From Vezdaea acicularis (taxonomy: Eukaryota): a DNA stretch of 64,000 bases. The stretch is taken from assembly GCA_026025075.1 (NCBI GenBank), contig JAPEUI010000013.1, positions 62,001-126,000 on the forward strand, given 5' to 3'. Of this stretch, positions 10,822 through 24,326 are shown one piece after another (the first letter of the stretch is position 1; each line of letters starts with the position of its first letter). The notes under the pieces are model-generated. The model was not told the DNA's origin. It ran no database searches and saw only the letters and a program-made list of their open reading frames with translations. A program made the position numbers and the translations under genes.

Positions 10822-12897
10822 ATGTCTTCATATGACTACTACGGAAACGAGGAACCGCCTCGTCGAGTACGGGCCACCCGTACTCGAGCCTATGAAGATG
10901 GACCCCTCTATACAGAGGTGCAAGAGCAATATTCTGCGAGACAACCCCCTGGTCAGTACGATCTTGTGCGTCGTCCCCAGCCGGAAGATAGCGACTTATC
11001 GGTAGAAGAAATACAACGAGATTTCCCCCCCGCAGGTGCAGGAGCGTATGGCTACGGAAGTCGATCTCGGCCTTCGAACGTTCGCCGTGCATCTTCATTA
11101 GACGGCTACGGCTATGATGGGTACGGTGCAGCTGCCGGTTATGCTGGGTCCCGACGTTCTGGCTATGACGATGACGATGATTATTATCTCGATCGAGAAT
11201 CTCGCCGCAGCCGCCGAGATGGCCACAAGAAGGACGGCCGAAGTCGCTCCAAGTCTCGCAATCAACAGATTGCAGCGGCGGTCGGAGGTGCTGCACTTGC
11301 GGTTGCCGGAAAGGAATTCTACGATCGAAGGGAAGGGAAACATCAATCAGGGCAGAACCGGATCCTGGCAGATGCAGCCCTTGGTCTCGGCGGAGCTGCT
11401 GCGGGCGCTTTAGCTGCAAGACAATACGAAAAATATGAGGATCGTAAGGACGATATAGAGGATGGTGGCCGCAGTTCAAGTGGGAAGCGAAGCAAAAGCA
11501 AAAGGAGCAAGTCAATGGACATCGGTGCTGCATTGATTGGGCCAATTGTAGGAGGCAACGATAGTCGTTCTGGCTATGGGAGCACCAGCGGCAGAAGCAG
11601 AGGCAGTGATGATCGCCGCTCGCGACGCAGAGGGCGGGATGATGATTCTCGATCCCGATCTCGTTCGCGAAGTCAGGATAAACAAGAGAGAATTCAACAG
11701 GCCATCAAAGCGGCTCTCACGGCAGCTGCAGCAGAGGGCTGGAGAACGCGCAACGAGCCAGGCGGTGCTTTTTCCAAGGAGAAAATCCAGAGAATCGCTA
11801 CAGCCGCCATCAGCGCTGGAGGTATCGATGCATTCATCGATCGCAATCCTGAGAAACATGGCACCGGCCAGGTCCTATCATCTGCAATTGCTGGGTTACT
11901 GGGCAATCGTCTCATCAATGGCTCAAGAGATGCAGACCTTGGAGGTGTTGGAGGACGCTCTCGCTCCCGATCTCGATCTCGGGGTGGCAGCAGCCGCAAC
12001 GGAGGTGGGGGCGGAGTTGATGCTCTTGCTGGGTTGGGGCTTGCTGCGGCAGCTGGGAAAGCCCTCTTCGAGAAGACACGCAGCAAGTCCCGAGGACGTG
12101 ACCGCTCAGCAAGCGCTGACTCGTATGGGGGCGATCGCCGGAGCAAACGCCGTAGCCAAAGTATTGGCGCCCTAGTAGAGCGCGGCCTCTCCAAACTCGG
12201 ACTCAAAGACGATGACCACGGTAGAAGCAGAGACATTGATGATGATTATGATCGCCCCTCACGACGCGCTACATACGCAGCCGGTGGTGCAGGTGCCGGT
12301 GCAGAAGCAGGCCGTCCACGCGGTGGCGGCCATAGTAGTAGGAGCAGCTCCACGTCGAGCATGTCTTCGGAGGAGGAAAAACGCCGGCGACGCAAAATGA
12401 AAGGTACGGAAATTCTCACTGGTACTTTTGCCACGGTGGCCACTGTCCACGCAGCACATAGCTTGTATCAGACGCGTGAGGCACGCAACAAGCGGCATCA
12501 AGAGGTTGCGGAGGGAAAGATGTCGCACGAGGAATCGAACATGAAAAAGCGCCAAGCGCAGCTCAAGGATATTGCTTCCGTGGGCCTAGCTGTCCTCGGT
12601 ATTAAAAACGCCGTTGATGAGTGGAAGGAGACGAACGAGAAGCGTCATGAGACCAGAGAGTTCTACGAGAGGAGAGAACAGCACAGACAGAAGAAAGAGC
12701 GCTTGATGAGAGAGAGAGGAAATAAGAGTGAAACTGACCTGTCGAATTATCCAGACTCCAGAAGATATGATGATCGAGATCCGATCCCCCAGCCAGCGTA
12801 CGGCGGCCCCGCTTACGCGGATGGTAACCCTTATGCTGCCGGCGGAAACCAGTACCCGCAACCACCAGTGTATCCCCCGAACGATCGGAGGTATTAG
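10822..12897 (+). CDS. R/S/G-rich disordered protein with glycine-zipper-like helices, DUF3824-like
   Basis: 691-aa single ORF. RSRSRSRS tracts alternate with AAAVGGAALAVAGKE and QQAIKAALTAAAAEGWRTRNEPG...RIATAAISAGGID; C-terminal block ATVATVHAAHSLYQ...DIASVGLAVLGIKNAVDEWKE. Confidence 0.75.
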   Translation: MSSYDYYGNEEPPRRVRATRTRAYEDGPLYTEVQEQYSARQPPGQYDLVRRPQPEDSDLSVEEIQRDFPPAGAGAYGYGSRSRPSNVRRASSLDGYGYDGYGAAAGYAGSRRSGYDDDDDYYLDRESRRSRRDGHKKDGRSRSKSRNQQIAAAVGGAALAVAGKEFYDRREGKHQSGQNRILADAALGLGGAAAGALAARQYEKYEDRKDDIEDGGRSSSGKRSKSKRSKSMDIGAALIGPIVGGNDSRSGYGSTSGRSRGSDDRRSRRRGRDDDSRSRSRSRSQDKQERIQQAIKAALTAAAAEGWRTRNEPGGAFSKEKIQRIATAAISAGGIDAFIDRNPEKHGTGQVLSSAIAGLLGNRLINGSRDADLGGVGGRSRSRSRSRGGSSRNGGGGGVDALAGLGLAAAAGKALFEKTRSKSRGRDRSASADSYGGDRRSKRRSQSIGALVERGLSKLGLKDDDHGRSRDIDDDYDRPSRRATYAAGGAGAGAEAGRPRGGGHSSRSSSTSSMSSEEEKRRRRKMKGTEILTGTFATVATVHAAHSLYQTREARNKRHQEVAEGKMSHEESNMKKRQAQLKDIASVGLAVLGIKNAVDEWKETNEKRHETREFYERREQHRQKKERLMRERGNKSETDLSNYPDSRRYDDRDPIPQPAYGGPAYADGNPYAAGGNQYPQPPVYPPNDRRY

Positions 12898-14777
12898 GAT
12901 GTGATCTAAAACAAGAGCTGTACTGTATGCTTATCCTACTGCCCCAGTGGCTATCTGACACTTCCTCTCAGAGGCGAAAAACTTATGGAGGGAGAATAGA
13001 CTAACACATATTTGTATTACTAGTTTGAAATTAGGTTTCATTGAATCTTGACCATGCTTTGAAATAAGGATGTAGAAAGATTCGGGGGTCTTCGATATTT
13101 TCTTTCCTTTCGAGGCTAATAGAGGGGGATCTTGCCCATGGGAAGCGGAATGGCAGGTACGGCTGCATGGACGTGGCCAGCGCTCTATGGGATCAAGTTG
13201 CAAAATCATGAATGGTTATGATGCTTGGGCACTTGAGATTGAGGTTGTAATGATGCTTACGACTTTTTTTTCTCCTTACGTGTACTGAATTAGATAGAAT
13301 GAAATGATTTGAGGCTACAGCGTCGCACATGAGTCCTCAGTGCATACTTTGGAGTCTTGCAACTCATTTGAAACCCATGAATTAGCCTGGAATGGCATAA
13401 CCTGACGTCCCTTCTCCAAATGCCAACACATAGAATGGATATATTCACTGTCTAGGGATTAGTGCAACAGCTTATTATGGCCAATCCGCATCGGCATGAC
13501 CTGGAAGGAGTGTTAGGACCTATGAACTGTAGCTTTACGATTCTTTGAGTTATCTAAGGTACAATGACAGTGTGCTAATGTAGAGGCACCAAATAGCAGG
13601 GTGTCGAGTGAAGGGGGAACACACCCATGAGGGACGAGGAATCCAATTGGAGCAAAAAGTTCATCACGGTCAATGCTTCTCTGCTCTGGCGCAGGGTTTG
13701 TTAGACAGGGTCTTCCATTGCTTGCCAACTTGAAACAAATGTCTGCCTCTCCCGCTATGTTGGCGTGGGTAGCTAATCTGGTAGGGTATGCAGGGCAAAG
13801 GGTTGGTGGCATGCTCTATGGTCAGGTATTAGCGAGAAGGCTCCGAGAAACTATCTTCAGCCGGTCACCGGTCTTCTTCCTGAGAGCATTGAGGATGGAA
13901 ATATTGTTTAATATCATCTATTAGTTGCAGAGTGCCTGAAGATATGCTTTGATTGTCTTGTCCGTCCTGACTACACTCGAACTAAGAGAATCAACGAGTC
14001 GAGGGGCCTACTTATGGAGAAAATTACAATTAAACACGCAGTCACGGAGGGTTCCATCGAGTTGATTGCGATATATCAATCTTTGCTTTCTCTAACTTCT
14101 GCAAGGTATGCTATTGGTGCACTCAAGTAGTGCACCAAGATGACCCTTCACCGTGAACATGAGGCAGGGCTGACCTATTCTTAGGCAAAACGGGAAGGCA
14201 CATGCAACATTGCCGGGAGCTCAGCCAGGACGCTTGATTCGAAGAGGCATGGCGCCGCTCGCGTAATCAGAGAGAGGCCAACGACGCGCAAGAGCACCGA
14301 GAAGTGCCCCTGCTCCTTCCCATCGGATGATAGCCCGCTAACGCAAAAAGCTGACAGTGGGAGGCCACTCCGCGCAACGCTCTCTCCTCCCTCAGAGACC
14401 CTGAGACGTTTGATGTCGATGTTGTCAATACCACCTCTTTTCACGATAGTAATCTCTCCTTTACACTTGCGTTCACTCTGACCTTCATTTTTCCGTTCTG
14501 ACTGCGTCGTTGCTATGAGGAATTGCCTCGATATACAGGAAGGGTCAGGCCGACATCCACGTTCGTTAAAGAGAGGTCGACTGAACCTCTTTACGCGCAA
14601 CGAATAATCATTGGGCCTACACCTTCGCCTCAGGGTCCGCATCGCCAGGCGCAAGTATCTGAAGCTTGTCGCTGCTGATTGCGGAGCCTTACACTATTCC
14701 TCGGAGCAATCTGACGGGCTTTCTAAGGACGTATCCGGGCTCGCGCAACCTCGAAACTACCGCGACGAGCACTAGAC

Positions 14778-17700
14778 ATGGAGTCGAACAACTCAAGACA
14801 CCCAAACAACCCTCAACCTATACCTTTACAGGATCTCTCGCGGCCACCGGACTCCCAGGAGGGCATCGATGGTGATAGGAGGGGCTCGAGAAGTGGGCGG
14901 AATTTGTTGCGGCCTGACCGTAGATATTCTAGGTTACAAGATGCTTCTCCAAGCCCGATGGGAGGGAGAGGTAGAATACCACAACCCTACGTGACAAGTC
15001 CCTCAGGACATCAATCTTCCCCCTACGGCGATGACGACCAAGGAATTGATTCACCTACAGTGGATGGTTCAGCATTTCAAGATGCTCTTCCATCGGACTT
15101 CGGGTTGAGCTTTCAACCGGCGAGTCTGCATCCCTCGTCATACAACATGGACAGGACTCATCCACAACGCCAAGGCTCTGATGCAGATGGCATGCTGTCC
15201 CCACTATCTCAGTCAAGAAGGGCCACTTCCGAACCTGATGGAAGTTTTGGCTACGGAGGCGGCGAAATCACCCCAACCAGCAGTCCAGACCGAAGCAGAG
15301 ACCCCTCACCTTCGTCACAGGCCTTCAATAGATCAAGTTTTCAAAGTGTACGGTTCACCACACCAGATTCGCATCGAACTGCTCGGCTTGGTGATGATCT
15401 ACCCGGGTTAGAGTCGGGGATAAGTCCTAAAGATGGAATGGGGAGGAAAGGCTCTCGGCACCAGCGCTCTTTATCACCAGGATCCGCAGGTGCATCGACC
15501 CTATACCGGGCTGGTTCAATGGTGAGGAAGATGTCCCAACGAGTTGTAAACCTGAGCAACGAGCCCGAGATTGTGGAACAAAGCATTCGGAGGAGATCTT
15601 CAGTCAAATTAGACCGTATGGATGCACCACCAGACATACCAGCTATAGGAATGTATGCATGCGACGAGCCCCAGGATGGTCGATCAATGTTCGAGCGCGG
15701 CCCTCAGCTTAGCGTTACCGCAAGGAGGCAATTAGCTCTTCGAGAGCAGTCCAATCCTCTCAAGGGCAAAACACTTGAAATTTTCTCTCCGGAAAATAGT
15801 CTTAGGAGAGCGCTTTGTAGCCTCCTCGTTCATCCTGCGACAGAGCCCATAATCCTCGTTCTGATTGTCATTCAGACGATTCTTCTTGCTATTGACGCCG
15901 CTCCAAATGTCACTCAGCACCCACGGCCTCAGGTATGGGGATCTTCGTGGATAGATTACTGCATCCTTGGACTTTTCATCCTCTACTCGCTAGAAATCAT
16001 AGCGAAGGTCATTGTTTCTGGTCTTGTTTTGAATCCGGCGGAATATAGCTCTATCGATCGGAGTAGAGGCTATTGGGTTGCCTTTCAGGAGAGAATACAG
16101 GACCTCTTCACCCCCCAGGGTCAACAGCCTGTACGTCAGATGATAAATCCATTTTCAGATCCCGTTCAACCCTCAATCCTTCGGAGCTTCACGGCAATTC
16201 AAGCCCAAGGGGATATGCCGGGCCACTCACGATATCAACAACGAGTGCGACTAGCTCGACGGGCTTTTCTACGTCATTCCTTTAATCGAGTTGATTTTGT
16301 CGCAGTCATATCTTTCTGGATCTCCTTCCTCCTAGGAACGTTGCAACTGGAAGGTCAACATCATTTGTATGTCTTCAGGATGCTTAGCTGCCTACGTATT
16401 ATACGGCTCCTTGGCCTTACCAGTGGGACCTCGGTAATCTTAAGGAGTCTGAAGAAGGCCGCACCCCTTTTAGTCAATGTTGCCTTTCTTATCGGCTTCT
16501 TTTGGCTATTATTTGCCATCGTTGGTGTGCAAAGCTTTAAAGCAAGTTTTCGCAGATCTTGTACTTGGATCGATCCAATGGACCATACAAACACTTGGAT
16601 CAACCCCACATCTTTCTGTGGAGGCCATCTTAACAATGTCACTGGGTTACCAGAACCGTGGCTGCAAACTGACGGCTTAACAAATGGGGCTCCACTGCAC
16701 AAGGGATTCCTGTGTCCGCAAGGCTCAATTTGCATCGAACAATCAAACCTTGCCAATGTCGTATACAATGGCACGGTGAGCTTTGACAACGTTCTACAGT
16801 CATTACAATTGGTTTTCGTTATCATGAGTGCAAACACCTTCTCGGATCTGTTATACTATACTACACAAAGCGACTACCTCGCGGCAGCTCTGTTCTTTGC
16901 CGGAGGCATTGTCATTATGAGCTTATGGCTAATGAATCTCCTTGTTGCCGTGATCACATCATCCTTCCAAGTCATTCGAGAAGAGAGCAAAGCTAGTGCC
17001 TTTGCTGCCGACGAAATAACCGAGCCTGTGGAAGAGGAAGAGGAGCCTCTGAAGCGAGTTGGCGGATTGAAGCGACTCTATGATAAGACGTCATGGGTCT
17101 GGATCATTATCATTCTCTATGGGCTGGTTGTGCAGTGCCTCCGAAGTGCAAATATGGGCCCAACGCGGACACACTTTATCAGTAAGTGCATCCGCATGAT
17201 AATTTCTGCCCCCCTTAACTGACTGAAATATAGACAACTCAGAAACTGTAGTGACCATACTACTTTTGGCAGAAATCGTGATCCGCTTCTCAGTCGGCTG
17301 GCGAGACTTCTTTAGATCCAAACAAAACGTTGTTGACCTCATTCTTGCTCTAGTCACGATGGTGATCCAAATTCCGTATATACGGAACTCAGGGCAGCCA
17401 TACGCGTGGTTGACATTCTTCCAAATCATTCGAATCTACCGTGTGGTAATGGCTGTACCACTTACAAGAGATCTTATCCTGAAAGTTCTCGGAAACGTCA
17501 CGGGTCTCTTGAACTTGATAGTATTTGTGTTCCTGCTCACTTTCCTTGCAGCAATATTTGCTGTACAGATCTTCCGAGGTCAGCTTCCTGACCTGGATAG
17601 TAATGGCAATACAATAGCTATCAATTTTAACAACATCTATAACGCCTTCTTGGGCATGTATCAAATACTCTCAAGCGAAAACTGGACGGCAATCATGTAC

Positions 17701-20700
17701 ACTGCAACGACAAACGATAAGGCCTTCAACACTGCATGGATTGGCGCATCCTTCTTCATCCTCTGGTTCATCTTAGCCAACTTCATCGTCCTGAATATGT
17801 TTATTGCTGTCATTCAAGAGAATTTCGACGTTTCAGAAGATGAAAAACGGCTACAGCAAGTCAAAATGTTCTTGCAGCAGAAGGAGATGAGCGCATCTTC
17901 GCAAGGAAATCTTTCGCTCTCGGCGATTTTCAAAGTCGGTAGCCGCAGTCGAAAAGATCCGCTCAACTACGAACATGCCTCCATGGAAATGCTACTTAAA
18001 GAAGCAGTGGTGAAAGACTTTCTCGATGACCAAGAGCCTCTCATACAGAAGGCACAAGAGACTCCGACGCTCAGTCCTGCTCCTTATAAAGTCCCGACGG
18101 GGAGGGTTTCCAACTGGTGGGCTAAGCTTCAATCCACTCTTTTTGATAAGGAACCCAATCCTTTCTACGCGAAACTTCAATTCTCCCGTGCGTACGAGGA
18201 CCTGGATGCGCGCACCCTGGCTGCAGAGGTAGTGGCTGCAAAGCAGAACCGTGTAAAAGCTCAGAGGGAATATCTTCGCAAATACCCAAATTACAACGTC
18301 GCATTGTTTATATTCGGACCCGATAACCCAATTCGAAGGTGCTGTCAGTATATAGTTGGCCCAGGCAGAGGCAGCCAACGTGCTGAGGGCGTGGAACCTA
18401 TCAAATGGATCTGGTACAGCTTTTCAGCCTTCATCTATTGCTCTATTGTAGCAATGGTTCTCCTTGCTTGCATCACCACGCCATTGTACCAGAAAGAATA
18501 CTTTGCAGAGCACGGGTTTCATCTAAGCAATTGGTTCGTCTTTACTGATATGGGCTTCGCCATTCTATTCTCAGTTGAAGCGATCATCAAAGTGCTTGCG
18601 GATGGGTTTTTCTGGACTCCGAACGCCTATTTCCGAGGATCATGGGGCTTTATCGATGGTGTTGTGCTACTCACGCTGTGGGTGAACGTTGCCACCCAGC
18701 TACACAACGAAGGAGCAGTGTCAAGAGCAGTCGGCGCCTTCAAGGCCCTGCGTGCATTAAGGCTCCTGAACGTCAGCGATAGTGCCAGGGAAACATTCCA
18801 CTCGGTCATTGTTCTGGGCGGATGGAAAGTCCTTTCAGCTGCCTTCGTATCAATAAGTCTCTTGATCCCGTTTGCCATCCTCGGTCTCAATATCTTCAAT
18901 GGACAATTACAGCTCTGCAACGACTCGCAAAGCGGCATCTCTAACCTGGCAGATTGCGTTGGCGAATTTTCCGGGTCGCCTTATAATTGGAATGTCTGGT
19001 CTCCCAGAGTAGTTCATAATCCATATTACGATTTTGACAACTTTGGAGGATCCATCTCAATTCTCTTCCAGATCGTTTCCCAAGAAGGCTGGATCGATGT
19101 GCAATGGGCAAGTGAGAACATTGTAGGAAGAGGATTACAGCCTCAACCCTATGCATCGCAGGGAAATGCAATGTTCTTCGTCATCTTCAACTTGCTCGGC
19201 TCCGTCTTCGTTTTGACTCTCTTCGTCTCTGTGTTTATGCGTAACTACACAGAGCAGACTGGAGTGGCCTTCTTGACTGCGGATCAGCGGTCATGGCTTG
19301 AGTTGCGGAAGCTGCTACGACAGATAGCTCCATCGAAACGCCCTTCCTACAAGGCCCATCAGACAATCAAGAATTGGTGCTATAGACAATCGACGCACAA
19401 ACATGGGATATGGCAACGAATCGTGACAGCGGTCCTCATCGCGCATTTAGTCCTCTTGATTCTGGAATGGTATCCAGGTGATGATGCATGGGATCATGCA
19501 CGGGACTACATCTTTCTAGTCTTCACACTGATATACATAGCTAACATTGTGATTCGGATCGTTGGTCTCACTTGGCCTAGATTCAGGAGGAGCTCCTGGG
19601 ATCTCTATTCTATTGCGTCTGTCTCTGGCACCTTTATCACGACGGTACTCCTCCTTTCAAACTTCAGCGAAAGAGCCTACGTACAGCTGCATAAGCTTTT
19701 CCTCGTCTCCATTGCCCTTCTTCTCATACCTCGCAACAATCAACTTGATCAGCTATTCAAGACCGCAGCAGCATCTCTATCTGCTATTGGTAATTTGCTT
19801 GCCACTTGGTTTGTCTTGTTTCTGGTATTCGCTATCGCTCTCACACAGACATTCGGACTCACCCGATTTGGCAACTTGGAGAATGGGAACCTAAACTTCA
19901 GGACTGTACCCAAAGCACTTATCCTTCTGTTTCGGATGAGTTGTGGAGAGAGTTGGAACCAGATTATGGAAGATTTTGCAAATATCCGAGAACCGAATTG
20001 TAATGCGAATCCTTCCTTTTTCGACAACGATTGCGGTAGCGCAGCTTGGGCGCGGGGTCTGTTTATATCCTGGAACATACTGAGCATGTACATCTTTGTC
20101 AGCTTGTTCGTCTCCCTGATTTTCGAAAGTTTCAGTTACGTTTATCAGCGGTCAAGTGGGCTTGCGATCATATCACGTGAAGAGATCAGGAGATTTAAAC
20201 AAGCTTGGTCCGAGTTTGATCCTGATGGAACAGGCTACATCTCAAAGGAGGCGTTCCCAAGGTTACTACGCGTAAGTTATTTTAAACCCCCAACCTTGGT
20301 TCGCGTTGGAGCGAGCTAATTGGGTCTCGAAGGAACTTTCCGGACTCTTTGATATGAGGATCTACGACGGTGAATTCAGTGTCACTCAAATCTTAGAAGA
20401 TTGTCGTCAGGAGCCGACCATGACCGGACGGGAGTCCGGGATACCTCCGGTCAGACGCCAGTCAGGACTGAACTCACCTGGCATCGTTGATGGGGTCGAC
20501 TTGGCGAGATTGTCAAGACGAATTTCGCAGATCCCTGTTCACGAAATTCGCCGCCGCCGAGCCAAGATGAACAAATTCTACGAAGAAGTTCTTGTATCGT
20601 CCGACCCAGACCGTGGCATCTCCTTTACGACGTTGCTGATGGTTATTGCCCATTACAATGTCATTAGTGATAACAAGAGTTTACAGTACGTTTAACCTTA

Positions 20701-21377
20701 TCTCTCCATCATCTGAGCTTCCGCTAATAAAGGACGAAGGCTCGACGAGTACTTGCGACGCCGTGCACGGTTGACGAGAGTAGACGAGGCCGTCAAGCGG
20801 AACGTAGTTATTGGTTTCTTTGATACTATGTACGAGACATCCATGTCACAATCCTATCACTCGGATATTAACTTTTTGGATCAGGTACTGGAGTCGCCGC
20901 TTCAGGCAAGCCATGGCTACGCGCAGGGCGGGCCGCATGGCGGGTGTTCCGACTTTTGCTGTTCCGGAGATCTTTGTGGATGACGAAGACGCTACGACAG
21001 GCGTGGAGGGCAATCAAAATCCGTTCGGTGGGGACGGCGCTTCCGATGATGGCGTTTCTCCAGGCACAAGCCAACTCGAGACACCGATCGGTTCACGCCC
21101 CTCCACGCCCAGCAATGCCGGCGATCGTCCCTTTGATCGCTCACCTCAACTGTCTCCTCACCGTGCAAATTTCTCAACCGGCTTTGAGAGTCACGGTGGC
21201 TGGGGCAACTTCGGCGCGACTTCATCAGGTGCAACTGTCGATCCTGCCAGGGAACATAGCCGACAAGGCAGCAGCGTCAGCGCCCAGGACGTGCTTGAGG
21301 TACTGGACAACTCGGCCTGGGGCGAGAGTATTCGGCGAAGCTTCACGATGAGACGCCCGAGTCGATCGCCTGGATAA
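14778..21377 (+). CDS. CCH1: High-affinity Ca2+ channel subunit Cch1 (4x6TM)
   Basis: Exons 14778-17181, 17234-20271, 20333-20685, 20740-20829, 20885-21377. Four 6TM repeats, S4-like FRMLSCLRIIRLL and FKALRALRLL, pore loops SANTF/SSENW/SQEGW/CGESW (N-E-E-E filter), EF-hand DPDGTGYISKEAF. Confidence 0.96.
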
Positions 21378-23777
21378 ATTGTATGAGTGGCGCACGGCCC
21401 CAGCGCTGACGGCGATCTAACTTTCGGCAGAAGGTCTTGTGTTCATATCCTTCCAGAAGGACGGCGGAAGTGGGCGTCCCTGATCAAAGCGCAAGGGTAT
21501 CGTTTCCGGTGCCTGGTGGCGTCGCATGACGCCGAAATAAGCCATCACGAGTTGAGCAAGGGAGGAGGGGGCGTTCTAGCGTTTTTGAAGATACCCGGCG
21601 TTATCACCTCCGGGTCACGAGCGGCGGTTTGATGTTTGAGGCGAATTGTTGCTTTCCCCTTCGCTGTGCATATTTTACCGTTTGGGCCACTGGCGCCGCT
21701 TTGGCTCTGCTCTCTTTTTTCTCATTTTCCTTTGTCAGTGTGGATTCGCGGAGATGATGGTATGCGGCATTCTCTGTTTCGCAAGCGTGCATTCTTCTCA
21801 GGGTTGGGTGGAAAATGGTGGTTGCATTGGGACCTGGCGTTCCCTCTCCAGACGGCTGAGATTCACGTCATGACTGGTTTGTAGATTCGTTGAGTAGCCT
21901 TCGCTGTATGGATGGTAAAAATGGTGGAGGGTCTCTATGGGGGGCCGAGGGGAGCAACGTGTGTGTAGACGGCCGTTGCACGTTGTATCATATCGCTGTG
22001 CTACTGTAGCTAGACCTGGACCTGAGATGCTCCATCACAGCTGTAAAATCCTGATCCAGCAAGTAAAACGACCTTCGCAAATCATTAGATTAACATGCTA
22101 TCTCGCCCGTAATTCCGACGAATTAATCCATCTCGCACAAAAAAGGAGCCAAGAGCCATCCATCACAGGACGCGGTACTCCTACACGGGTGCCATCGCGC
22201 CCCAACCCGCCCAAGCGGAACCAAAAGGGTCTTGCCGAGCCCGCTTGCAGATCCTCCTCTCCCTTCTCCCCAACGTTCCAAACTCTGAAACCGGCAAGGC
22301 CCCCCCAATCGAAACTCTGCGGCGACGCGCACTTGTAGCAAAATTCCCGCGCCTCGCACTTGTTTGCGCTGAGCAACTTGAGATGGCGAGGGAAGGGGTT
22401 AGGAAGGTTGTTTGGTTGGGACTAGGCTTGATTGGGGTGCATGGAGGGTCGTGCAAGAAGATTGTTACGGCCGGAGAGAGTTCTGAGCTGGTGCGTTGAT
22501 CGTGTCTCTTTCTGTCTATTTTTTTGGGCGAGCGGGAGAGAGGAGCGGGAAAGGGAAAGGGGGCCGGGGCAAGGCGGCCGGAAGGGCTGCGACGATGGCG
22601 GTGTTTCGGACGTCCGCTAAATACTTTGGGACGCGAAACTCGCTGGTTCCTCCAAAGAATCCAGCATCTCAGAGAGACGGGGGAGAAAGTATGAGAAGAG
22701 AGTGAAAGAAAGGGCAACCAAGCACCACCAGCTGCTCCATCCGACACGTCCCTCTTTTCCTCCGCCGCGGGGCCCAAGATCCCAATTGGCGTGCAACGAA
22801 CGGCCCAGGAAGCCCGCCCGTCCGCTCGCGCGTCAGTCAGGATTCTGCTAGACCCCCTCCCCTCCCCGTGTTGGTGCTGGGCACGACCGCCTTTAAACAC
22901 CGTGGTGCGGCCGCCACCCCCTCCCCTCTCTAAATCTTTTCCCAATCCATGCGTGCGCACGGAGAGGAGGATTCCATTCTATTTTGTCTTTGCTAAAAAT
23001 CCCAAGGCGCGCCCACACACACACTCTCTCTTTCTCTCTTTGCGGCATTTATTTCTGCTTTCCCTTTCTCTCAAACGAAACCCCTCCACTAACGCCCATT
23101 GCGTTACCACCGGTTGACGAACGCTGTTTCTGGGATATTACGCTCTGCACGCTCACCCCGTCGAAAGAGGGAGAGAGAGAGCGGTTTGAGCGCTGCGACC
23201 ACCGCTGCTTAGTACGCGTCTTAGGTGTAACGGGTGGAGAGAAGTTGTTTAGCGGGGCTCTTTATTACAGGACGGGGGTCTGTCGAGCAGGTTGTTTCTG
23301 GCGTTCTTCTAGAAAGAACTAGGGCCGAATCGGAGAGAGAGAGGTGCGCGCTCGTTCACATACTTAAGATCGACGGAGGACGCTTTGTGAAGTAGAGCGT
23401 GCGTGAGAGAGAGAATAAGAGAGAGAGAGACATACGACCACACCAGGGACGTTCCTTTTTTCCAGCACACGCAAGAGAAAAGAGCGATACCACGGCCGAC
23501 GTCAGTCGAATCCCACACGATCGTTAGGCGGAGGGGACCGTGTTGGTTCACGCCGCTCCTTAGACAACAACAGCACCTCACCTCGCCCCCATTCCCCATC
23601 CCATCCACAGTCTCACCTCCCCATCGACCCACCGATCGACAACCTCGCCCTCTCGTCATCACCCATTATCACCCTCACTCTCGTTAAGACCCTCTACCCA
23701 ACGCCCTCCTCCTAGCAGAACCTTCCACATATACATATACCCCCCCTTCTTCTCCGCCACCGCCTCTTCCGAACACA

Positions 23778-24326
23778 ATGCTCACCCTTCCCCTCCCCTC
23801 CCTCCCTCCTCTCCGCCGCCCCTCCCTCCTCCGCCGCCTCCACCGCCTCTCCATCTCCTCCACCCACTCCACCATCAGCATCTCCTCCCCCACCAACCCC
23901 CGCCACCTCTCCACCTACGGTCCCCCCACATCCGCCTACATGCCCTTCGAAGGCGTTGGCAGCGGCAGTCTGCTAGTCTCCCCCGGCTCCAGCTCCGGCA
24001 ACAGCAATGCCTCCAGCAGCCCCAGCATGGCCCGACACCACCGGCACGCTCTGTCCATCAGCCCGATCTTCCCCAGCGCCGCGACGGCAGTGAGCTTTAC
24101 CGGACCATCGCTGCTGCATGGTCACGCTGCTCAGGAAATGGTTCTTGGTAGCCCCGTCAGCACCGTTGGCAGTGTTCTGGCTCGGGGCGCTACCAGGGCG
24201 AACGCACTGCTGGAGGTCGAGGAGGAGAGGAAGAGTGTGCCTAGTGGATTAGTCCAGGTGCTCGAGCCGAGGCCGGAGGTGTGGTGTTCCAACATCGAGG
24301 AGATTCTCGGGGACGTTATGTTTTAG
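23778..24326 (+). CDS. Small S/P-rich hypothetical protein with C-terminal VLEPRP..IEE motif
   Basis: 182-aa ATG ORF with coding-like composition in its 3' half. The C-terminal VQVLEPRPEVWCSNIEEIL resembles a motif I recall from uncharacterised Pezizomycotina proteins. Start uncertain. Confidence 0.55.
   Translation: MLTLPLPSLPPLRRPSLLRRLHRLSISSTHSTISISSPTNPRHLSTYGPPTSAYMPFEGVGSGSLLVSPGSSSGNSNASSSPSMARHHRHALSISPIFPSAATAVSFTGPSLLHGHAAQEMVLGSPVSTVGSVLARGATRANALLEVEEERKSVPSGLVQVLEPRPEVWCSNIEEILGDVMF

Noticed and set aside
14160..14370. Several GAGGC cores as Crz1/CDRE sites upstream of CCH1
   Set aside because: None matches the full consensus; a 5-mer is expected by chance.
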